Below are positions 13,286 through 23,988 of a stretch of 64,000 nucleotides of DNA, one piece after another. Made by a program: the position numbers and the translations under genes. The notes under the pieces are model-generated. The model worked only from the letters and a program-made list of their open reading frames with translations. It was not told where the DNA came from and made no database searches. Origin of the DNA: Bugula neritina (Eukaryota; Animalia; Bryozoa). The stretch is from positions 9,789,150-9,853,149 of the forward strand of contig OZ037772.1 of NCBI GenBank assembly GCA_964035545.1. The letters run 5' to 3'. The first letter of the stretch is position 1, and every line of letters starts with the position of its first letter.

Positions 13286-16200
13286 CTATGGTTTTAAGTT
13301 ATTTATGTAATCTACAATTTCCTGATTGGATAATCCCAGCTGTCCGCCACGGCTGCAGTCCTTCACTGGAGACGCTGGAGTCAAGTCAAAAGGATCAAAC
13401 CCGATTTCCTTCACAATCCAATCAAGGTCTAAACCAAAATCGTCTTTTACATCTATGTCTTTATTGTGTGAGTCAGTAGACCCCATCGACATTGGTGGAG
13501 ATGGTACATTTTCTGGTTTAGCTGAACCGACAGAAGCTTGATCTGAAAGTCCAACAAAACTTGGTGGATCCATAGGAGGGTTTGAAAGAGCCATGGAGGG
13601 AGGTGGTGTACAAGGCACAGTCTTTTGTTTAGCATTTTCCGAGGCCATCAATTCTGTACCAGAATTAGGTACTGTACAAGTAGCAGCAGGCGAAGAACAC
13701 ATGCTGGAATCTTTTCGACAACTTTTGGCTGCTGGTGTTTGTTTCTTTTTGGCTTTACATTTCATTTCTTCGGCGGAGCGCTTTTGTAATGTAAATGGTT
13801 GAAGTTTGGTTAGGCCAGTTTTACTCCATTGTCCAAACAAGTCATCTCCTTGCAAAACTGTGTCAGTTGCAGGTGGCACTGATGCACTTTGAACCTTGTT
13901 TTGACGCGGGCAATTAGTAGCTGGCTGAGGACTTTCTATGGAACAGGGAGATTTTACAGCGAATGGGCACCAGTTTTCAGGCAGGTGTTGAGATTCGGTT
14001 TGATTGGTTGGCATTGTTGATGCGGGTGGTTGGGGAGAAGAAACTTTCTCACCCTGTTTTGTACAACTTGATGTTAGCTGAGAACTAGAGTCTACGGTTA
14101 CTGGTGGTTTGTAGCAGCCAAAAGATGACACTTGGAGATTAGTCCTGACAGGTGCTTGCTTATTCTGAGCACTTTCTAGAAGAGGTTCCTCCTGTGACAG
14201 ACAATGCGCCGAAACCTTTGGAGTAGCAGTTGGAGAGCTCACGATCTGTTCAGTCATAAGTGTCTTATCAGCTAGTAAGTTAAAGGAACCTTTGTCTAAA
14301 AGCGCTTTTAGTGGCATCACTTCTAATGATTTCTACAAATGGTTTACAAACTTATTCATCATAACATTAGAAAATATATCAATTTGTTAAACTATCATGT
14401 TCAGCAAGTTTTTTAATAGCTTTTTGGAATTTGGGTTTATGTTGTTATCAAAATAAAAAATATTTACAAAAGGCAATACATGGCGTAACATTTTATTATG
14501 CAGGTAACTTGTGATAAATAGATTATAATAATATATTTTTTTAGTTAAATAAGAAAGCCTACATTGCATTTACTAATTGCAAAAAACCCAAAGCAACATA
14601 ATGATTATGGATTATATTTATTTAAATTTGATATACCATCAAAACACAATTTGTAATGTCATTTACCCAGCCTCTATCCACTATCTGTGTTAGTTGCGGA
14701 CTTCTAGTCAACGCCCGTTCACTGGCTGCATAGTAGGCTAAGGCTTCGGTGGCATCATCCTTCTTCAGTGATTCATTGACAATACTTTGCGTAAGGGAAA
14801 CCACCTGTAGGTCAATACATTACGTTATACTGAAGTAGACTTTAATTCTAGATCTGCTTGTTACAAATTAATTGTTTCTTAAAATACATGCACAGTATTC
14901 ATTAGTTTGACAATTGTAGCACCACAAGTATTTCCTATTTTATTTACAAATGAGTTGCAAAACTAGTTTCACTATTCTACATACATGATGAGTGTTTTAT
15001 TGCAGTACAATGAGCAACATAATTTTCATTGATTTGATTAAATCTACCGGTGAAAACCTCACCATACAAGTTTTGAAGTGATTGTTTGTTAAGTAATAAA
15101 AAATCTAGCAAAGAACATCAAATTGGATAAAACCTTTTCTATTTAGTAATTACACTAATAAAAATTTACATGACTTTGATTTACTGTGAAAAGCTGAAAT
15201 GCATAAAACACTTTAACACTTACCGCAAAGATATGATCATAAAGAACAGGACAGTTTCCGGGCACAACGTATGTGCATAGGATTCTGTAGAATGCAGTGA
15301 ATTTATTTCCTGTTTGAGCGAGTAGGCACTTTATCTTTTGGTAAGTGTTCTTAAAATCACGTGACTTTAGAATTGCACTGCCTATAATATTAAACATAAT
15401 TAATTAGTTTATACAAAAGTATTTATTAATGAGCATCCTTTTAAACTCATAGCTGTGGTTAGAATAAATAATATTTTCGCAATCTTATAAATCTCTTCAC
15501 TGCAAAAAAAACAGTAACTAACAATTGGCAATTATAGTAACTAGTACTTATAGTAACTAGTAACTGTAGTAACCAGCAACTTACAACTGGTAGTTAGCAA
15601 ATTATAACCAATAGCAATTAGTAATTTGCCTATTCACCAAAACATTCTCAGACAACTTACAAACTACAGTGACAATAAAGTGCAGCCTTGTATTTGTATA
15701 GACTTTTGTCCTCTTCTTGAGTCTCTCCAACTTCTCACTGTTGCTGCATTCATCTGGTCCTGGGGACGGAACACTTCAATAAGAGAAAATAACAGAAGAT
15801 AAATTAAGCATCCTATTTAGTGACCAACCAAATCTACATATATATATTATTTTTAAGTACCTATTATATAATATTACTATAGAAAACATTGTAACTTTAT
15901 TTGCAAGCATACTAGGACAAAAACGCACATGTCCTTTTTTTAAACAAGTAAACAGAACTTTAAATTTGATCAGAAATTATTTTTAACAAGAACATTCAAC
16001 TCTATACCTGTCACAAATATAAGAATATAGAAAATATGCTGTAGTTGACAAGCTTGAATTTTTAGTAGAAATCTTGCATTCCTTTATAGTCTGTGCTCCA
16101 CTTTTTGGACACACAGGGTGCTCAGACTGTTGTGGGGAGCAGGCCACAGGCTTCCTATCTGAACGGAAAGTAAATGAAGCTTTCGGTGAAGAGTTTGGAT

Positions 16201-17216
16201 CCTGGAATATTTTTCTTGACTTTGGAGAATTCCCATTCAACAGGCTGCAGGTGATGTTTACTTTTCTCTCAGGTAATACTAGGTGAGTGTAATTTGCCAT
16301 CCACGCTTCCTGGAATAAGACAGGTTTGTTTAGTAAACATGTGTTAGCATACTAAATGTTGAATTAATAGACTTATAAATGTATTGCTTAAAAAGCAAAA
16401 AGCTCACAGCTTTTGAAAACTTTCACAAAGATTTGGCACAGTTTCTAAGCAAATGTAGTTGGTTCTATAAAAGGCAAAACACATTTTTCTTGCAAAATGT
16501 AATTTCAGGCAACTGCAGAAAAATTTATTAGGTTCTATTATTTATAACTGCAATCATCAACATTGTTGTAATAAACAGATACATAAAATAAGACAAAACA
16601 ATTCATAGTTATCATAAAAACAATTACAATAAAATATTTATATAACACAGTTTAACATGTTACCACATATTGCGCCAACATCTGACTCATCCCCAGCTCA
16701 TTAATAAGATGACCTTCTGCTGCGTATGAGAAGAGATTGTTGACCAGACACAAGTCAGATAATACTGCGGCTTCATGGGTCAGTTCAGTTGTTAGACACA
16801 TCAGCTACAAACATAATAATCAAATAAAACACAATTTCATGTTTTATTGCTATATTAAATTTTTTTCTTTTACTCATATATTAAATTTTAAATACCTGAA
16901 CTCTTGTGTGCAGCTGTGAATTGTGGCAGGACATTTTATAAAATACTCTTAATATTATTTCAAGCTTTAAAATCATAAAAACCTATGTTGATGTGCAAAG
17001 AAATTTTTGCTTATTTACATTTCAATTTTTGGAATAATGCACAAATATTTTTTTTTCTAAATCTCAGAATATCACAATTATTATTAAATACTTCAAGCTC
17101 CTACTGTATCTGCATAATTTACATTAAATTGTGTCCTATGTATGTATATGTGCAGTGTAATATAAAATATATAATGACATATATTATAATAGCAAAATTA
17201 TCATTCAATATAACAC

Positions 17217-17280
<64 letters not shown>

Positions 17281-19197
17281 TACAACACATAACAACATCT
17301 TTTGACAGAAAGAATGTATTGTTTAATAAATATTATGTAAGCTCACTATATTTAATAGTTTTGTATATTAAACACAGATCATAGTAACTAAATATTACAT
17401 TATAAAGTAATGTATTAGAATATACATATAGTTATATAAAATATATTTGAATACATAATTGTATTGTGTATTATATAGTTATGTATATATATCACATACT
17501 TATATGCTGCACTACATAATACCTTATGGAGATGTCTTACCAACATAATCCTGTCATCCAGGTCAACACCATGCCTTCCTCCGTTGATTATGGTCTCTTT
17601 TACTTTCTTGTAGGCACATTCCATTTTGCTTTTAGGGAAGCCAAGTAATTTTTTCATATCTGTCATCATTTGGTAATAGAAGTTTTGCTGCTTTATTTTC
17701 TTTGCTGCAGGATAACAAATGTCAAATATAATGGAACAGACAAAACCTATTATAAAAATACCTAAAGCTGTTTCTATTGATTTTTTTTTCATATAATTTA
17801 GTTTAGTATTTTATAAAAAGTATGCACTAATCTAATAATAGCTTTATACTTGCTAATAAAATGTTTTACCATAGTATTTAATAAATAATAATTAATTTGA
17901 TATGTAAAAAGTCTTTGAATAAAAAATATTTGATCTTTTAAGCAAGTAATACTGCTACAATCATTTTAACCCACTCAAATTACTACAGTGTTTTCTTCCA
18001 TGTAAAAATATTCAGTCTTCTTGCTATAAATGTAATTTTCTATATCAATAACATTAATTTTGTATTTCAAAACAGTTATTGAGATGAAAATCAAGTGTCA
18101 AGCTGTTTTAGGTAAGTTTACAATAACATGTATCTACAATTTAAAAAAATAAAACAATGAATGCATAAAATAACATTAGGAATTGCATTTTCCTTACTCC
18201 ATGAACTGCAGCTAGTTGTGAAAAACATTTTAAAGTAAGCATACAATTTGCTATACTATTAGATGTGATAATTCACTGGTAAGATTATTATATGTGACAG
18301 TGCTTCAATCACCAAACTACAATTACTACCAGCTTATTCAGTAGAACACTTCATATAGGAGTTGGTTAGTTGAAATTGAAATCTTTAGCTTGCAGACAAA
18401 AATATACAAGTAAAGAATTTGCATTTCTTATTCATTTACTATAACTACTTACCATAGTCTAGAAGCAGCACTCCCAAAGGTCTTTCATCTAAGTCTACGA
18501 CACTGCAGGTATTGGCCTGTAGGGGAGGCTGGAAACTGCAATTCAAAACAAGATTTTAATGCATCCTCTCAACTGGGTTGCCATCAAAGCAAGTATATAG
18601 AAAATCCTATAAGGATTATTTTACTCTATTTAGTACACACTATATTATATAATATATCTCGTATAGGTTTTAGCTTTTTTCCACAGTGTAACCACTAATG
18701 TATATATAATAATATTATATATACCCGATAGCTTTTTGCATCAAACTTATAAAATATTATACTACTAGATACAACATCTGTGTACAGGTGTGAAGGCGTG
18801 ATGAAAAAGCATCGCAGCATCACTGCATTGAAATTTACTAAAAATTTGGGATAAAACATAAAAGTTAAACAAAACTAGAAAAAACTCCTCCCTATTCAAT
18901 TATAATATTTGTGAATATTTTATCAGCCTTATGCAAGAAACTATATACATTAGCAGCTAAAATTTGAAAAAAGTAGCTAAAAACTAAGCATATATAGTAT
19001 GTACTAACTAAAGTAAAATAACCCATAACTAAACTTAAGATTGCTAAAGTAGATATACTAAGATGGGTAGGCTATAGTAACCTGTGTCGTAGCATGTGCA
19101 AAAGTTTATCTGCCAATTTTCCTGTCAGAACTGGGGGTTTCTTTACTCTTGGATCCGCCACTAGGGCGGCTGATACTATTGCCACATTTTGAAACAT
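13286..19197 (-). CDS. Uncharacterised protein B (~763 aa, 9 coding exons), paralogue of protein A, with an S/P/T-rich tail
   Basis: Phase-consistent exons 19197-19082, 18535-18453, 17704-17541, 16804-16664, 16309-16008, 15773-15661, 15381-15224, 14804-14637, 14332-13286. Shares DPRV, P(I/L)GVLL.DY, DDRIM, W..NY....P.RK and V..SL.....TEA with gene A. Confidence 0.8.
15530..15625. repeat. Degenerate (AACTAG(C/T))n simple repeat
   Basis: Visible agtaactagt/agcaact units; a similar tract lies at ~55380-55540. Confidence 0.6.
17220..17277. repeat. (TA)n microsatellite
   Basis: Direct observation. Confidence 0.95.
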
Positions 19198-19378
19198 TTT
19201 TGCTGAATAGAGTGAAGATCAACTTCAATTAGTAAAATAGAATAATTTTATTAAACAATCTTAGTATTTTTTTAAATTTAATGACAGTTTCAACAAAAAT
19301 GTTTCAAATATTTCTTTGTAGAAAATGTAACCAATGCAAGCAATTTCTCTAGTGAAAAGACAAAATATTTACTATAAG

Positions 19379-19578
19379 GCTTGTGCGTGTGTGCGTGTGT
19401 GCGTGTGTGCTGGTGTGCGTGTGTGCGTGTATGCGTGTATGCGTGTGTGCGTTTGTGCGTGTGTGCGTGTATGTGTGTGTGTATGTCGGCATGTGTGCTT
19501 GTGTACATGTGTGCAAGTGTGCGTGTGTGCGTGTGTGCGTGTGTGTGGTTGTGTGCGTGTGTGCGTGTGTGCACACAC
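19379..19578. repeat. (GT/GCGT)n microsatellite at the left edge of the triplication
   Basis: Direct observation; explains the spurious HT/CV-rich ORFs. Confidence 0.95.
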
Positions 19579-20046
19579 TACAAAGTCATGTACAGACATG
19601 TGTTAAAGGTTATGAACAGAAATAAAGGAATTTGTGTTACAGTTCTAGGAATTTTTTCTTAAGCAGCTACATTTACTTCTTTGTAAGAGTTGAAAAGGTT
19701 TCTGCAATCAATAAAATTACATAACCCACTCCCTTGTTTAACAATTTTTTAAACAGAATAATTTATTAAAGATAAAATTAAAACAGTTTTTTCAACTCAT
19801 GACATGAAAATACATAAAGAATATAATTTCAATTACTGAAATAACAATACTGGTAATCATAACATCTTTATATAGCTGATAGTTCAGCTTCACAATTTGC
19901 ATAGTCTAGTAATTATTTCAAGTCAAAGCTGTGAGTTTCTCTTGAGGAAGCTAGCAAAACTGCTTTCAGGTTTTTGTCCAGATGAGCGGCCATATTTATT
20001 TGCCTGAGCTCCACTTTATAACCTGAATTGCATTCGCAAAGAACTT

Positions 20047-20456
20047 GTAGCTTGAAGTAGCGTTAGTTATACTTGGTGTAGCTTGAAGTAGTGTCAGTTA
20101 TATTCGGTGTAGTTTGAAGTAGTGTCAGTTATACTCGGTGTAGTTTGAAGTAGTGTCAGTTATAATCGGTGCAGTTTGAAGTAGTGTTAGTTATACGCAG
20201 TGTAGTTTAAAGTAGTGTCAGTTATACTCGGTGTAGTTTGAAGTAGTGTCAGTTATACTCGGTGTAGTTTAAAGTAGTGTCAGTTAGACAGGGTGTAGTT
20301 TGAAGTAGTGTCAGTTATACTCGGTGTAGTTTAAAGTAGTGTCAGTTATACTCGGTGCAGTTTGAAGTAGTGTTAGTTATATGCAGTGTAGTTTGAAGTA
20401 GTGTACGTTATACTCATTGTAGTTTGAAGTAGTGTTAGTTATACTCGGTGTAGTTC
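20047..20456. repeat. 31-bp minisatellite (gtagtttgaagtagtgtcagttatactcggt), ~13 copies
   Basis: Head-to-tail units with no unique spacers. Confidence 0.95.
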
Positions 20457-20539
20457 AATAAGCAAAGTTGTGGGAGCTGCCAAGGTAACTCGAAACTTGC
20501 TATGTGTAAGAGCTGCCATATGTTTGATCCTTGCTGAAG

Positions 20540-22010
20540 GGAAACGTGGTGTCAACAAGTAGCTTGTTAGTGGAATTAGGAAACTAGCGCAAAATTGCAA
20601 TCGAGGTTGAATCTAGCATATTGAGTGATCCCACTGGTTTTAAAGATAGTGGGCTGAAATAATCGGAATTCAAATATTTTAGAATTGCTGCGAGTATCTC
20701 CGATAACATTCTCATGGTCATTGATTAGCAGTTAAAATGTTCTGTAGCATTCTATATCAGCTTTGTTGAATTGAAAAGTAGACAAGTTTTTTCTCTGAAA
20801 ATGCTAAATTAGCAAAACTCAGGTAAAATCTGAGTTTATTAGATGTGAGGCTTGCCAAACAGTTGATGCAGTTTTACGTGAAGAAATCTTTGTGGCAACA
20901 CCAAGCTTGCGGGCATAAGGAAACTGGCACCAGGTCTTCAACCCAATACACGGACACAACTTGTCTCGTTGATGGTGGACTGTAAAGTTGAAAGTAAAGT
21001 AGTGAGGGTGGAAAAGTTTCCCAATTCAATCCAGAAAAAATCAATGGAAATTTGCCGTGGTTCTATGGAATTTTAATGTTTTATATATAACTGAGGGTTA
21101 ATATACAGAAGGGCTGATCAGAACAGTTGGTATTGACCTAGCTTACACAATACTACTGGTTTAAATAGTGTCAAATGTTGTGTCACCAGTTCCCATTGTA
21201 TTCATCAATTGGAAATCTCCAAGCTTGTTGTTGTCAGGCTAAATGGTATTGACAGGATACTACTTCTGCAGCTGTATCTAACATAACGAGTAGCAAGACT
21301 GGTGTTTGAGATGGTGAACTGAAGAGTTTTGGGTGCAAATATATCCCAAGTGATGAAAGCATCTTCAAACACATTTTCATGGTAGTTAGTGTAGACTGTC
21401 CAGGAGCATTCCATACATCTGGTTGAATTCTCTAAAGTAAACCAGTTTCCTCTGTAGAAGCACAGAATCAGCAAAACTTAGATTTGTATTTCCCATTTGA
21501 TCTCTTGCAGAAGAGAGCTCGGTGCTTGCTGGGGTTGAAAATGGAAACTCTAGGATTGACTGCAAATATTTTATAACAGCTTGACAATAATGCATTTTAT
21601 TATTCTACAGAACAATATCATACATATTTTATCTAGAATACTACTAATTTGAAGAAAGAATAATTCTATGTTATAAATGATATAAAGTGAAGTATTTTTT
21701 AGTCCTTTTCAAACTTGATTGTTACTAACATTCATTTGAATCAGTTGGCTCGAAATCAATGTTGGAAAACACATTTAAATATAAATAATAAATACTTGGC
21801 CTTCAACCTGACAGAAGCTAAACACATTCTTCTTTGTTTCATATGATGTATCAGTTACCCGGAAGAATGGCAACTTCAGAGTTTTTCTGTATTGTTGATG
21901 TTACTCGCAGGAATGATCAGTACCATGTGTAGACTCAGTTCTATGTGAGGTAAATCAGATTTGGAGCACACATATGACTTGTGCCACACTGAAACATAAT
22001 TGTTCTGTTG
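20540..22010 (+). pseudogene. Pseudogene fragments of the NHL-repeat/GPI gene (unit 1)
   Basis: ~20960-21570 aligns by eye with 52450-53030 (e.g. aatttgccgtgg, aactgagggt, gctgtatctaacataacgagt), and 21841-22010 with the last exon 53405-53570. Stops, frameshifts and a lost acceptor (ttcag>ttcat). A second, more diverged fragment lies at ~20540-20820. Confidence 0.85.
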
Positions 22011-22249
22011 ATTAGAGCTACTAACTACGGCAGTGTTTTAGGATTGGCTGATAAATCAGAATTTATATGAACTCTCATAGTAATTTTGAAACTGTGAGCT
22101 GTGCGACGTTTCCTTCTAGAAACATGGGCAGCTATTTATAAAAAAACTTTGTGAGTTTTTTTCCTGACAAGCTTCTGTTATGTTTTAATTCACATTGTCT
22201 CTGAGGAGGGTGTGCAATTCAATACAACAGTTATGCTCACTGTAGTTAT

Positions 22250-23600
22250 GTTTAGGCAGAGTTGTGGAAGCCGTCAAGTAACGTATGATCTTACTATATA
22301 GATGAGAGCCTTGCTAGAAGATTTATCTTGCTTCAGGACCGGCAAACTTCCTGCCAACAGGCAGCTTGTAAGTAAAGTTAAGCTTTTCACCAAAGTGCAT
22401 AAGATCTAACTAGGGAGCCATTTGGTTGTTGGCACACAGCATGTGAGCATTTAAAAAAAAACGCGTACATAACACCATGAAGTGGATGCAGAGCAGCCAA
22501 CCGTGTGGCTAGAACGATTGCAAAAACTTTGATTGCCAGTTTTGGAGGTTTTGGTAAAACTCTTTCAGAAGCTGATTTTTAAGAAGCCAGGAGAAATTGA
22601 GGTGCTTCTTGTAGAAAAACAATATAGGTATTTCCAATTCAGCAAACATGTTTACTACTTTGTGCATGGTGTTCCTTTTAGTTCTAAATTGTCTCATTTC
22701 AGTTGAACCCGCAAAGTTTTGGGAAGCTGTCAAGTGAAGTCTTAACTTACTGGGGGTTGGAGACCAGATTTTGGCAGCACAGAGAAACCTGAAGTTGTTG
22801 GAACACAGCCTGTGGGTATTGGAGAACAACAAATAAGGGACTACTTTGAGATGGATTCAGAGTACACCAAAGATGTGAGGTGGCTGCATAGCAACTGACA
22901 GTTTAGCTGGAGTGACTGCAAAACTACGATTGCTGGTCATGCAGGGTTTGGTGAAACCTTTTGAGAAGCTGGGACAGATGTGAATTGTCCACCCTGAGAG
23001 CAGGTACTTGTAGAAGAAACATATGAGTTTTTCTGATATATCGGTCATATCGACCCTTTTGTGTCCCTTTTGATTCGGAGTTGTCTTAGCAAAATACATG
23101 TGATTTAAAGAAGCAGTTATTATCACTTCAATTATTTATGTGATACTGCACATCGTTAGTCACAGAGGTTAGTGAAGAGCTGTTCCAAGAGCAAAGGAAG
23201 TCATAGATCACGGAGTTACAGAGAAACTACCTTGACTGACATCAGCAATGATCCTGTGAAGCTGACGCAATGCACAGAATAGTATATTAGTTCCATGCTA
23301 CAACTTGTTGGTAAACAAAGCTGACTGCATGGTGAGAGAGATGAGAACTACTGATGTGAATGTAGTTGTGTCAAGAAAGAGAGTGCTTAGTAGGAGCTGG
23401 TAAACTGCCAGTCGAGTGTGAGCTGTGACAGTATGTTCGAGTTTAAAACGCCAAGAACAAAGCTGGCTGCATGACCAGGGAGAGATGAGAACTACTGATG
23501 TGAATGCATCCGTAGCACTGGCTAGGCGTTAATTGGGGAGATGCCTTTTGAGGTATTTGGCTTCTCGAGATGTGTGGCCATGTAAAACTACAAAAAGTCA
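22250..23600 (+). pseudogene. Decayed intronless ORF with an internal ~370-bp repeat (unknown family); copies at ~32575-33890 and ~43055-44380
   Basis: Coding-like composition. Repeated translated motif VVGTQ(P/H)V...W......DCK..IA...GFG.T..EA...LVE..Y..F at ~22424 and ~22795, interrupted by stops. Confidence 0.5.
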
Positions 23601-23988
23601 AAAACAACAATTTGCTGCACATATATATTCAGCAAACAGAGCATAGCACTTTATAGAACATGATGCCAGGCAGGTAATAGAAATGTCAGCTTTACTTATT
23701 ATATGAATGTCAGTTGCTAGCAGAAAGAATAATAGCAATGATAAATGAAGATGATATTTGTCTCATTGAGCCTAGTGATTGTAAGCAACTCTTTTGTTGC
23801 CCAATTAACATCATAATTTCACTATCAAACCATTTTAAAAACATGCAACTTAAATTTGTTTTTCTCCTAACCATTCACAACTTCTCACTACTCAATTTGT
23901 TGTGGCTGCAAGAATCTATTTATCTTTGCTTTACAAGGAAGTGAAAGCCTGCAAAATTAACTTACCTCTGTCTTAGCACCATACGGTG

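Noticed and set aside
19290-19662. His/Thr- and Cys/Val-rich ORFs
   Set aside because: Translations of the (GT)n microsatellite.
20047-20456. CRISPR array
   Set aside because: 31-bp units are head-to-tail with no unique spacers, there are no cas genes, and the context is eukaryotic.
22789-23100. Selenoprotein or TGA-recoded active gene
   Set aside because: Adjacent sequence has TAA/TAG stops and frameshifts, no SECIS was recognised, and CpG decay explains the TGA bias.
21205-23126. Minus-strand ORFs recurring in all three units
   Set aside because: They recur only because of the recent duplication, are frameshifted between copies, and are antisense shadows of plus-strand pseudogenes.
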